Below, one piece after another: positions 9,624 to 18,124 of a DNA stretch of 64,000 nt. Within the stretch, counting starts at the first letter, position 1, and each line of letters begins with the position of its first letter. This DNA comes from an uncultured Nitrososphaerota archaeon. GTDB taxonomy: Archaea > Thermoproteota > Nitrososphaeria > Nitrososphaerales > CADDZS01. Where the stretch lies: NCBI GenBank assembly GCA_963799845.1, contig CAWCYI010000006.1:96001-160000 (forward strand), given 5' to 3'. The position numbers and the translations under genes are program-made. The notes beneath the pieces were generated by a model, which made no database searches, was not told the DNA's origin, and worked only from the letters and a program-made list of their open reading frames with translations.

Positions 9624-10608
9624 TAACTTGGCAGAAGTCTTCAGTAGAATCGAAAAACCAAAGATGGGTTCGATGAGGGATTCGTACGGAGAAACTCTCA
9701 CAAGGCTAGGGTCTGAAAACGAGAGCATTGTCGTGGTCGGTGCCGATACTACGGGTTCGATAAAGACGTCTATTTTTGGGCAAAAATTTCCCGAGCGATT
9801 TTTCAATGTAGGAATTGCCGAGCAGAACATGATTTCAGTCGCCGCGGGGCTTGCTATGGCTGGAAAGGTCTCGTTTGCGAGTACTTACGCGGTATTTGCC
9901 CCTGGCAAGTGCGTCGATCAATTGAGAAACGCGATTGCCTATCCGGAAATTGATGTCAAACTAGTGGCTTCCCATGCAGGGATTAGCGTTGGCCCAGACG
10001 GAGCATCGCATCAAGAGCTGGAAGATATTGCAACAATGCGAGCCATCCCGCACATGAAAGTAATGGTCCCGTCGGACTCTATTTCCACCTCGAGGATTAT
10101 CGAGATCATTTCAAAGCATCCAGGCCCTTTCTACGTTAGAATTGCGAGACCCAATATCCCAACCGTCTATTCGCAAAAAGAAGGAGAGGAAATGAAGGTC
10201 GGTGGATCAACAGTCTTCAACGAAGGAAGCGATGCGACTATTTTTGCTTGCGGTCTAATGGTTTACGAAGCTTTGGTCGCTTCAAGAAAGCTCGCAAGCG
10301 AAAAGGGGCTGTCAGTGGGTGTCATCGATTTGTACTCTGTCAAACCGATTGATACCGAAGTTATCATAAAATATGCAAAGATGTCAGGCAATGTTGTCAC
10401 CGCAGAAGAACACAACATCATTGGAGGCCTCGGAGGAGCTGTTGCAGAGATACTCGGAGAAAATTATCCCACTCCGATGAAACGAGTTGGTACGATGGAC
10501 ACGTTTGGCGAATCCGGTGAGGATAAAGAACTCATGATCAAATATGGATTGACAGCAAATAATATAGCAAACAAGGTACTCGAAGTGCGTTCAATTTCAA
10601 GAAAGTGA
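9613..10608 (+). CDS. transketolase, C-terminal subunit
   Basis: NVGIAEQN, GPDGASHQ and EEHNIIGGLG motifs. Confidence 0.96.
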   Translation: MEVSNLAEVFSRIEKPKMGSMRDSYGETLTRLGSENESIVVVGADTTGSIKTSIFGQKFPERFFNVGIAEQNMISVAAGLAMAGKVSFASTYAVFAPGKCVDQLRNAIAYPEIDVKLVASHAGISVGPDGASHQELEDIATMRAIPHMKVMVPSDSISTSRIIEIISKHPGPFYVRIARPNIPTVYSQKEGEEMKVGGSTVFNEGSDATIFACGLMVYEALVASRKLASEKGLSVGVIDLYSVKPIDTEVIIKYAKMSGNVVTAEEHNIIGGLGGAVAEILGENYPTPMKRVGTMDTFGESGEDKELMIKYGLTANNIANKVLEVRSISRK

Positions 10609-11291
10609 GGGCGAAGTTTTTGAAAATATTTTTGGACACAGCAAACCTGGATCAGATTAAGAAATACTACGATCTTGGACTTGTTGATGGAGTAACGACG
10701 AACCCGACGCTTTTGTCAAAAGAGAATGTCGATCCTCAAGAAATCATGGCAGAAATCGTCAGATTCGTCCGAGGTCCTGTTAGTCTTGAAGTAATAAGCA
10801 CAGAATATGACGGCATGATGGAGGAAGGAAGAAATCTTTCTCACTATGGAAAAAATGTAGTAGTAAAAATCCCGATGACGGCACACGGCCTGAAAGCCGT
10901 CAAGCAGCTCAAAAGTGAAGGAATCCGAACCAACGTTACGCTGATCTTTTCTCCCAATCAAGCGCTGCTCGCCGCGAAGGCGGGTGCAAGTTACGTCAGC
11001 CCCTTCATCGGAAGACTAGATGATATCGGCGAGATTGGCATGGACGTTATCCGCGACACAGTCGAAATTTTCAAGAATTACAGCTATGACGCGGAAGTAC
11101 TCGTCGCGAGTGTCAGACATCCGCTCCACGTCATCGATGCCGCAAAATTAGGCGCTCATGTGGTCACACTTCCTCCAGATGTGCTGGGAAAAATGATTAA
11201 CCATCCGCTTACCGATATGGGGCTGGCAAAGTTCCTTGACGATTGGAAAAAACTAAAGCAGACTAATCCGAAGATTGCTTTGACTACCTGA
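10605..11291 (+). CDS. tal: transaldolase / fructose-6-phosphate aldolase
   Basis: FLDTA, GVTTNPTL, VVKIP, NVTLIFS and YVSPFIGRLDD motifs. Confidence 0.95.
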   Translation: MRAKFLKIFLDTANLDQIKKYYDLGLVDGVTTNPTLLSKENVDPQEIMAEIVRFVRGPVSLEVISTEYDGMMEEGRNLSHYGKNVVVKIPMTAHGLKAVKQLKSEGIRTNVTLIFSPNQALLAAKAGASYVSPFIGRLDDIGEIGMDVIRDTVEIFKNYSYDAEVLVASVRHPLHVIDAAKLGAHVVTLPPDVLGKMINHPLTDMGLAKFLDDWKKLKQTNPKIALTT

Positions 11292-11309
11292 ACTGTGGGA
11301 TAAATAGAA

Positions 11310-11492
11310 TTGAACAACTACTGCGACAATGAAAAAAAGGTCACTTCATTCATTTTGAGGCGGAGTAACGAGGGCACGGTTTGGGAGTGCGAAAGCTGCC
11401 AATTTATCGTGCACGATCTTGCTAAGTACAAGGATAATTACAATGGGCTGCCAGCTGCCGAAGAAAAGGCAAAACAGCCGAGCTTTCTTTAG
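11310..11492 (+). CDS. small putative zinc-ribbon protein
   Basis: YCDNE...WECESC; directly follows tal. Confidence 0.5.
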   Translation: MNNYCDNEKKVTSFILRRSNEGTVWECESCQFIVHDLAKYKDNYNGLPAAEEKAKQPSFL

Positions 11493-11923
11493 GCGGCCTG
11501 GGGCCCCAATGTAAGCTCCAGGTTCTCGTTCAGATAGTTGTCGAGATTGTAGACTCTATGATACTTGTCCTTCTTGTCCTCAATCGAGTAATCTTTTGAA
11601 ATTTTTATCGGAGAGACCTTTTCAACACACTCGTGTTGAATTTCTTCTCCAGCTCGCATATTGTAGACATCAAACTTTGGATCTTCCTCTGCGTAGCAAG
11701 CGAAAACAATCCATCTGGTATCCGGGCCGTCTAGAACCGGGAAACCCGCTTCCGCTGAAAGATTGTTGAGTCCCTGAACTCTGAGCTCAGTTCCTTTTAC
11801 ATGACAAATCGAGCAGCGCCATACGTCGACGACGCCCACCGCCTCAGAACCCCTGAACAAATTTACGCATGCATAGTAACGAAACTCGTGTTCATGAGGG
11901 CCTGCTGGAATAGGTGTAGACAA
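11489..11923 (-). CDS. hypothetical protein
   Basis: 144-aa ORF with HxH and CxxC; last gene of a minus-strand run. Confidence 0.65.
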   Translation of the reverse strand: MSTPIPAGPHEHEFRYYACVNLFRGSEAVGVVDVWRCSICHVKGTELRVQGLNNLSAEAGFPVLDGPDTRWIVFACYAEEDPKFDVYNMRAGEEIQHECVEKVSPIKISKDYSIEDKKDKYHRVYNLDNYLNENLELTLGPQAA

Positions 11924-11961
11924 ATTATCTCACTGTAGTTTACTGTGAACTGCTAATCGGG

Positions 11962-12288
11962 TTAAGCGGTCTCCATAAGCTTTGCGAATTTCATTACGTA
12001 GAGATCAAAAGCATCCGAGTTTCCTTCACAGGTCTTGCAAATGGTTCTGGCAGAACCAGCTCCCGAATCTTCTTCAAGGGCTCCGTCACAGATGAAACAT
12101 GCCTTTGCAAGCTCGACAGGTTCATCCAGAGCATTTGAAAGTACCGTCAGCGCCCTCGAAACATTTGTCTCCGAAGTAAATCGAAATCCCAGTCTTGAGT
12201 CGCGTTTCACCTTTGCCTTCATCAGCTCGGCGTAGACCTCTTTTCCAACAAACGGCAGCTGAAACCAGGAATTCAACACTATTTTCAT
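11962..12288 (-). CDS. hypothetical zinc-finger protein
   Basis: CFIC...CKTC; 4 nt downstream of rfcL. Confidence 0.7.
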   Translation of the reverse strand: MKIVLNSWFQLPFVGKEVYAELMKAKVKRDSRLGFRFTSETNVSRALTVLSNALDEPVELAKACFICDGALEEDSGAGSARTICKTCEGNSDAFDLYVMKFAKLMETA

Positions 12289-12292
12289 GGGC

Positions 12293-13474
12293 TTACTTCC
12301 TGACAGTCATTTTGGTAATTACTCGCCGCTCGCTGTCACCAAAATCATTTTCTTCAAGAAACCGATCGAGATCGGCTGGACGATTCTTAAAGTAAAACGC
12401 CATAAATGGAAGATAGAAACCTGCGATCTCACTCTTTCCGGCATGATAGGATTCTGTTAGGCTTTCAGACATCTGCTTCAAGACTTTTCCATCATTCCAT
12501 ATTGCAAGACGGAGGTTCCAAGGAATGCTCGAATCGTTCCTCTGGACTTTCTTTGAAAGTATTGCAAAAGCGAGAAAACGGTCAAAGTACCTTAGTAGTC
12601 TCCAAGAGTGTTGTTGCGAAATTTTTCCCATAATCATATCTGCCTTGGAGATCAGGTCGAGCGATTCGGCCTTTGACTCAATTGAAAGATTCTTCGCCGA
12701 TACTACAGAGTCGTAAATTGATCGGATCTTATCGTAAGGCTGCGCATCGTACTGATGAAGAAGGGAAAGAGTTTCGGACAGGCTGCCGGCTTTCAGGACT
12801 GCGTCGAGTGCGGAAGAATCGCTCATGAACTGTCGATCCGTCGAAGAGCTGACTATTGTAGTTCCGGAAAGGGTCTGGAGTGTGCTGATTGATTGTCGCA
12901 CGTCGCCCCTAGAATTCGCAGCAATTTTTGTCAGAATATCGTCAGGTACTTCCAGATTTTCCCGCAATGCGATCGAACGGAGATAGATGACCAGAACATC
13001 AGGAGATACTGACAAGAAGCGCAGGACAAGCGATTTTTGTTCAATCTTTTTCAACTTCTGAGTCTCTTCCAAGTTGGCCGCCATTGCAACCGGCATCGTC
13101 GCGTTTTCAATAAAATCCAAGACAAAGTCCATTCCTGCGTAATCTGATCTCCCTGACATCCCATCGATCTCGTCCAGAAAGATCAGCAGTTTTTCCTCAC
13201 CGTAGATCGAGGCATTTTCCAGAGTTGGAGTCAGAGCTTCCCGCAGGCTGTCTCTTGTACGAACATCGCTCGCGTTGTATTCGAGAACTGTGTAACCCAA
13301 CTCATTTGCAACCGCGTAAATCGATGTTGATTTTCCCACCCCTGGGGGACCGGTAAGCAAAAGAGGTTTCGATCCGGTTTTCCAGTGCCTCAGCCACCGG
13401 ACGATTTCGAGCCGTGCCCGTTCGTTTCCGATCATCGCGGCTATTTTTTTTGGTCTGACCCTTTCGGTTAGCAA
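12293..13474 (-). CDS. rfcL: replication factor C large subunit
   Basis: ERVRPK, GPPGVGKS (Walker A), EYNASDVR, LDEID (Walker B) and GDVR motifs. Confidence 0.9.
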   Translation of the reverse strand: MLTERVRPKKIAAMIGNERARLEIVRWLRHWKTGSKPLLLTGPPGVGKSTSIYAVANELGYTVLEYNASDVRTRDSLREALTPTLENASIYGEEKLLIFLDEIDGMSGRSDYAGMDFVLDFIENATMPVAMAANLEETQKLKKIEQKSLVLRFLSVSPDVLVIYLRSIALRENLEVPDDILTKIAANSRGDVRQSISTLQTLSGTTIVSSSTDRQFMSDSSALDAVLKAGSLSETLSLLHQYDAQPYDKIRSIYDSVVSAKNLSIESKAESLDLISKADMIMGKISQQHSWRLLRYFDRFLAFAILSKKVQRNDSSIPWNLRLAIWNDGKVLKQMSESLTESYHAGKSEIAGFYLPFMAFYFKNRPADLDRFLEENDFGDSERRVITKMTVRK

Positions 13475-13522
13475 AGATAATAGTGGACATGGAGAACCTC
13501 AAATAATACCGTATCTGTAGGA

Positions 13523-14440
13523 CTAAGCAAGCAAGCCCGAAACAAGATAGACAATTAGACCGAGCATCATACCCTGCAATGCTGTGCTCTTCAGGCGAAG
13601 GCTGTCTTTTTCATTTTTCAACTTAAGGACTCGATAAGCAAGGAAAATGAAAACCGCGTCTGGAACCAAGATCAGCCCTGAGTAAACTAGAACAGCTTTC
13701 CCTAGGAGGCCGAGAAGCAAAGGAAGCGCACTCGAAGCTACTGCCAATAGGAAAAACAGTGCTGACAGTTCTTTTGCAGTCTCAGTCCCATAAGATACGG
13801 CGACGGTTCGCACATTTCGTACTTTATCTCCCTCCACATCCGCAACACCCTTGAGAATCTCCCTTCCCATACCAGCGAGAAACGAAGTAAGCGCGAGAAG
13901 ATAACCCAAATTTATAGTATAGCTCCCGAGAGCTATCGATCCGAAAATGTATGGTATGGCGAGCGAAAGAGCCACTAGAGAATTTCCAAAAAGTCCTGAT
14001 TTTTTTCCCCGATAGTTGTAATACCAGCCAATTAATGCAAAAAGCACTGCAATGCCAAAGGTAGCATATCCCAGACCGGCCGAGGCGACAAGCCCCAAGA
14101 CCAGAAGTACTATCGAAAATATCTTCGCTTGACCGACGGTGACCTTGCTGCTAGGAATTGGACGAGTCGGCTGGTTGACTCTATCTACTTCGAGGTCGTA
14201 GATGTCGTTTGAGACCATCGAAAAGGACGAGATGAAAAATCCAGTCAAGAATCCGAGAAGAGAAGTAAGGGTAAAAATTTCGTGGTAATTCTTGGAAGTT
14301 ACCGCGATTCCGACAATTACCGCGAATCCAACGAGGACTGAGTTCGCAGGCCTTATCAGAGATAACAGGGACGAGGCGGAGCTTTTCTTTTTGACTTCAC
14401 TTTTCATTTGAGAAACTGGAGCAGGGCACCTAACTTTCAC
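13523..14440 (-). CDS. digeranylgeranylglyceryl-phosphate synthase (UbiA family)
   Basis: LIRPAN, NDIYDLEVDRVNQPTRPIPS and REILK..ADVEGD motifs; multiple TM segments. Confidence 0.9.
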   Translation of the reverse strand: MKVRCPAPVSQMKSEVKKKSSASSLLSLIRPANSVLVGFAVIVGIAVTSKNYHEIFTLTSLLGFLTGFFISSFSMVSNDIYDLEVDRVNQPTRPIPSSKVTVGQAKIFSIVLLVLGLVASAGLGYATFGIAVLFALIGWYYNYRGKKSGLFGNSLVALSLAIPYIFGSIALGSYTINLGYLLALTSFLAGMGREILKGVADVEGDKVRNVRTVAVSYGTETAKELSALFFLLAVASSALPLLLGLLGKAVLVYSGLILVPDAVFIFLAYRVLKLKNEKDSLRLKSTALQGMMLGLIVYLVSGLLA

Positions 14441-14462
14441 AGGTGCACTTTAAGTCAATTTC

Positions 14463-15182
14463 CTAATCCTTCTCTTCAGCAGCAGGCTCTTTACGCCTTG
14501 GAACGAGCTGCTCGAACTGCTTCTCGGCCTCTTCGATGTCCTTGTAAGTGTCAACTGATCTCCAGTTAACGTCGTCGTATTTTGTCACTCGAAGTTTGCC
14601 ATCCTTGGCAAGTTCAGGCATCGTTTTAGCTTCAATGTTGCCGTTATCCGGCAAAAGATCTAGTATCTTTGAAGATAGGCAGTATACTCCAGCATTAATC
14701 CAGTAGTCCCGAAGGACAGGTTTTTCGCGAAAACCTTTCGCGAATCCATTTTCAATTTGTATGATACCGTATGGGCTGTTCAGTGGCACGGCAGCGATCG
14801 AACCCATGCAACCCTCGTTCACGTCTTCAACCAGTTTCCAAGGATCTAGATCAGTCAAAATGTCTCCGTTCATTGCGAAGAACTTGTCACCACTCAGAAG
14901 CGAAGCAGCGTTTTTCAAAGCACCCCCCGTTCCAAGAGGTTCCTCTTCCACCGAGTAACCGACTTTGACCCCAAACCGTTTTCCGCTGCCGATATGTTTC
15001 AAAACTGCCTCTTTGAGATAGCCGACACAGATAACGAGTTCATTGATGTCGTGCCTATGAAGCCAATCCAATTGCCACTCTAGAATCGGGACCCCGAGAA
15101 CCTCAATCATTGGTTTTGGTCTGTCGTTGGTAAGCGGTTTGAGCCTTTTTCCAAAGCCGCCGGCGAGAATAACGGCTTTCAA
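14463..15182 (-). CDS. sugar-phosphate nucleotidyltransferase
   Basis: ILAGGFGKRL.P.T..RPKP, EEEPLGTGGAL and NGD motifs. Confidence 0.92.
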   Translation of the reverse strand: MKAVILAGGFGKRLKPLTNDRPKPMIEVLGVPILEWQLDWLHRHDINELVICVGYLKEAVLKHIGSGKRFGVKVGYSVEEEPLGTGGALKNAASLLSGDKFFAMNGDILTDLDPWKLVEDVNEGCMGSIAAVPLNSPYGIIQIENGFAKGFREKPVLRDYWINAGVYCLSSKILDLLPDNGNIEAKTMPELAKDGKLRVTKYDDVNWRSVDTYKDIEEAEKQFEQLVPRRKEPAAEEKD

Positions 15183-15248
15183 TATCTTATCTTTTCCCCA
15201 GAATATCCTGTTGTAGATTTAAGGTATCGGTAGTCCGGATCCCTAATC

Positions 15249-15863
15249 TCAGAGGGGTTTAATCGGTCTCCACTTTGCAATCTTGTAATAGATTACTTCG
15301 CCCCGCCTCTCGACGACAGCGACGACCGCTTCCTTTCCCATGGTCGACATCTCATCCACATGTTTTTTCAATTCCGACAGGCTCATCGTTTTTCCCTCGT
15401 TCAGACCAAACACGATGTATTTTGCAGCCTTGTTACCGTAGTCACCTCGATCGTAGACTCTAAAGTCGATGGGAAATCCAAAGCCCTCCCGAACCACATA
15501 GCCGCGGCTTCTAAGATCTCTAAATATCAAAAATCTTGTCCAGGCGTTCTCGTCTCGCTCCATTGCGAAGCTGACATAGTCGGTGAAATTAACCTTCCCA
15601 AGTTTGGTCGATTTGCTGGATTTCTTTGCCTTATCTTTCAGCGCAAGTTTGTTGCTGTACATCAAGTAAAGCACTTCGTAATCTTTAAGGTAAAACTGAT
15701 CGTTGTCCCTGATCCCAAATCCCTTGGATTCAAGTAATTGAGCATCCTCGCTGCGAGATAGGACTACATGGTCAACCCTTTTTGAATAGAAAGCTTCGAT
15801 AATTACCTGTTGTAAATCCTCATCTTTGCCTGTCCTTTGCGAACCTGAATTTCGATCGGACAT
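15249..15863 (-). CDS. endA: tRNA-splicing endonuclease subunit, probably the structural (beta) subunit
   Basis: IFRDLRSRGYVVREG..F..DFRVY.RG and AVV...GEVIYY; the catalytic His is absent (KAAKYIV). Start taken at ATG 15863; the ORF is open to 15947. Confidence 0.88.
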   Translation of the reverse strand: MSDRNSGSQRTGKDEDLQQVIIEAFYSKRVDHVVLSRSEDAQLLESKGFGIRDNDQFYLKDYEVLYLMYSNKLALKDKAKKSSKSTKLGKVNFTDYVSFAMERDENAWTRFLIFRDLRSRGYVVREGFGFPIDFRVYDRGDYGNKAAKYIVFGLNEGKTMSLSELKKHVDEMSTMGKEAVVAVVERRGEVIYYKIAKWRPIKPL

Positions 15864-16006
15864 ATCCGAAGATTCAGAATTCTTTTGGAATCTATATACT
15901 GGATTTGGATTTTCAGGTTCAGCGGGTTCCGAAATTGTCAAGGTCAATCAGCGAACATTAAAAAAGAATCTTTCGTGACATCTCAGTTTCAAATCTAGTT
16001 TATAAA

Positions 16007-16114
16007 CCCCCCCCCACTCACGCGCCCGCGCGCCCCAGAGAGACCAAGAGACTCCAAGAGAGACTGAGAGAGTGCCAATATGCACACACACTTTCGCGTC
16101 TGCCCTAAAAGAAT
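16007..16114 (+). repeat. left terminal inverted repeat
   Basis: C9-ACTCACGCGCCCGCGCGCCCCAGAGAGACC...TGCCCTAAAAGAAT; 99 bp inside the C-run match the right copy exactly. Confidence 0.97.
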
Positions 16115-16266
16115 TATAAACGTTCTATTGCCTTCTTAGCAGACTGTATCATATTCAATCTTTGTTGTCGTTTCTTTTCTTCTAGTTCTAATTTCTTGTT
16201 CCTCAGTCTTTGAGACTGAGTTTCTTCGTCTATAACTTCTTGCTTATTCTTGTCTGTCATAGTCAT
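16114..16266 (-). CDS. 50-aa charged coiled-coil protein (element cargo)
   Basis: Manual translation MTMTDKNKQEVIDEETQSQRLRNKKLELEEKKRQQRLNMIQSAKKAIERL; ATGA-coupled to the upstream ORF; stop abuts the TIR. Confidence 0.6.
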   Translation of the reverse strand: MTMTDKNKQEVIDEETQSQRLRNKKLELEEKKRQQRLNMIQSAKKAIERL

Positions 16267-16439
16267 AATTTCTCTACCTGTTTTCTATTCTTGTTTAGAT
16301 GTTCTTGGAATTTCTTCATGTCTTTTATCTGATATACATCATGTCCTTGTTTCGCGTGAAGTTTAGCATCATGCTTTTCGAGGAATCCTTTGCACATAGG
16401 ACTTTTACAGAAATAGTATTTCTTCCCAAAGCCTAGCAA
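16263..16439 (-). CDS. 58-aa Cys/His zinc-finger-like protein (element cargo)
   Basis: Manual translation MLGFGKKYYFCKSPMCKGFLEKHDAKLHAKQGHDVYQ...; overlaps both neighbours. Confidence 0.6.
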   Translation of the reverse strand: MLGFGKKYYFCKSPMCKGFLEKHDAKLHAKQGHDVYQIKDMKKFQEHLNKNRKQVEKL

Positions 16440-16723
16440 TTTAATTTGTTTCTCCTTTTGTATTCATTCATGCACGCTTTAGAACAATAATCTTGTTTGT
16501 AATAAATTTCGTTCACTTGGTATCTTTTTCCGCATTGTTTGCATAATTGTTTGACTGCTCCATTCTTGCAGATTTTTCGGTTTGTATTTGATTCTCTCGA
16601 ATAGACGCTTGATGTTCTCTTTGTAGTCTCAAATTCTTGATTGCTAACTTCATATCCTGTAATCGCTTCCCTTTCACTTTCGTTAATTTCAAACACTTCC
16701 AATATTTTCTTTCTGAGATTCAT
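16433..16723 (-). CDS. zinc-ribbon protein (element cargo)
   Basis: CKQCGK...YCSKAC motif; ATGA coupling. Confidence 0.7.
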   Translation of the reverse strand: MNLRKKILEVFEINESEREAITGYEVSNQEFETTKRTSSVYSRESNTNRKICKNGAVKQLCKQCGKRYQVNEIYYKQDYCSKACMNEYKRRNKLNC

Positions 16724-17049
16724 GATGAGAGTTTGTAAAACCTGAATGTTTTTGGACAGAGATAGTATATTGGAATCTTTTTCTTAATGGCGTAAACGAG
16801 TTCAGACGCTACTCCAATAAGGAATAATTCGTGATATGGATAGTAATAGGACTGTAAAGAAGTGAAAACAAAGATGTCTGAACGTCTGATTACTCGAAAG
16901 AACTCTCGCATGTCTTTATCCGAGTATTTGATTGTAGAAGGATTGAATATCGAGTAATTAGGAAATTCCTTCTTAATTACCTTCAAACAGTCTCTTTCCA
17001 ATGGACTGCCATACTGCTTTATGCTATGAGCAAAATAGACTCTTTTCAT
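16720..17049 (-). CDS. nucleoside 2-deoxyribosyltransferase-like protein
   Basis: VYFAH, IFNPS, IRRSDIFVF and GVASELVYA...IPIY match the NDT-like fold pattern, including the conserved Glu. Confidence 0.7.
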   Translation of the reverse strand: MKRVYFAHSIKQYGSPLERDCLKVIKKEFPNYSIFNPSTIKYSDKDMREFFRVIRRSDIFVFTSLQSYYYPYHELFLIGVASELVYAIKKKIPIYYLCPKTFRFYKLSS

Positions 17050-17056
17050 TTTGATT

Positions 17057-17383
17057 TCACTTACTCGGAGTAGGATAAAGTTCTAATTTGCCGATTAGTC
17101 GTTTGTCTGTATGTTTCTTGTTAGGACAATGGCATAGGATTAGTTTAGGTTCGGGATTTACTACATTTCCTCTTTCATCAAACTTTGCACTAATCCGAAT
17201 TCGTTCAAAGCGATAATCAAAGGGTTGTTTCAAACGTGCGATTAGATGTATTCCGTCTTGAGTCTCGTATATGTCGAAGTTTTTAGTATCTAGATCGCAA
17301 TAGAATATACCCTTCTTTCCCTTCAGTCTAGAGGCTACTGCTTGATACCAGTTCTTTCGTTTTGGTAATCTTCGTTTCTTTAT
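17057..17383 (-). CDS. minimal AEP/primase-polymerase-like protein (ATA start, not in ORF track)
   Basis: 108-aa open frame exactly filling the gap between neighbours: IFYCDLD, YETQDGIHLI, FDYRFERIRISAK. ATA overlaps the upstream TAA. Confidence 0.6.
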   Translation of the reverse strand: MKKRRLPKRKNWYQAVASRLKGKKGIFYCDLDTKNFDIYETQDGIHLIARLKQPFDYRFERIRISAKFDERGNVVNPEPKLILCHCPNKKHTDKRLIGKLELYPTPSK

Positions 17384-17718
17384 CGTTTCTTCTTACCTCT
17401 TCCATAAACCGTTTTGAGATATTCAGGAATTGAAACGAATTTTCCACTTGGATTTCTTAGTCTCAGATTATGATTTTTGTCGAAAGTGAACTTAATTCTA
17501 GGATGCTTATTCCGATAACGGAAAGTTGCAACTTGTTTCTTGGTTAGTGGTCGTCTTTCTTGTTGTTTCTGTCTCTGTGAATAGTATTCATCTAGAATAC
17601 GCTGTTGACCTGAACTGAGCGGAGTTTTTATTTTACGTTCAACTTCAGCCGTATTGTTTGAACTCTCAACTAATTTACGGAAAGAACTCGAAAAGTCTGT
17701 AAGTTCGGTAATAATCAA
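17380..17718 (-). CDS. basic hypothetical protein (element cargo)
   Basis: 112 aa, Lys/Arg-rich C-terminal half with LRNPSGKFV. Confidence 0.65.
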   Translation of the reverse strand: MIITELTDFSSSFRKLVESSNNTAEVERKIKTPLSSGQQRILDEYYSQRQKQQERRPLTKKQVATFRYRNKHPRIKFTFDKNHNLRLRNPSGKFVSIPEYLKTVYGRGKKKR

Positions 17719-17830
17719 TTCACCTTTGTGAAATTCCTACTTCATTCATGTGGTGAGGACCCACGCACATTAGACACACCCCAATATGGAGAACCTTTTA
17801 CTGCAAGCAGTGGAGGTCCAAGATAGAAGC

Positions 17831-18124
17831 ATGCCAAGAAACTCGAGGTGGAGTCCTGATGACAAGATCAGGATAGTCCTTGAATCTTTGAACACCAACA
17901 TCTCCATGTCCGAGCTCTGCAGGAAGTACAACCTCACTCCAGGGACATTCTACCAGTGGAGGGAGAAATTCATTCACGGTGGAAAGCTTGCCCTCACTGG
18001 AGGTCTGAAGGATCCGGGGAAGGAGAAGGAGGCAGAGGTGGAGCGATTGAAGAAGCTCATTGGAGAACTAACAATCGCAAACGACGCAATGAAGCAGGTA
18101 CTGCAGGGATCGGGGAAAAAATGA
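17831..18124 (+). CDS. IS3 transposase OrfA (HTH + leucine zipper)
   Basis: WSPDDKIRIV...LCRKY...FYQW...LKKLIGELT; ends in the slippery GGGGAAAAAA run. Confidence 0.92.
   Translation: MPRNSRWSPDDKIRIVLESLNTNISMSELCRKYNLTPGTFYQWREKFIHGGKLALTGGLKDPGKEKEAEVERLKKLIGELTIANDAMKQVLQGSGKK

Noticed and set aside
16007-16015. C9 versus G11 length difference as evidence of untemplated tailing
   Set aside because: Homopolymer lengths are unreliable in this assembly, and the TSD boundary is ambiguous.
16030-16080. CRISPR-like array in the AGAGAC repeats
   Set aside because: Units are under 12 bp, degenerate and have no spacers; no CRISPR array or cas gene was seen in the window.
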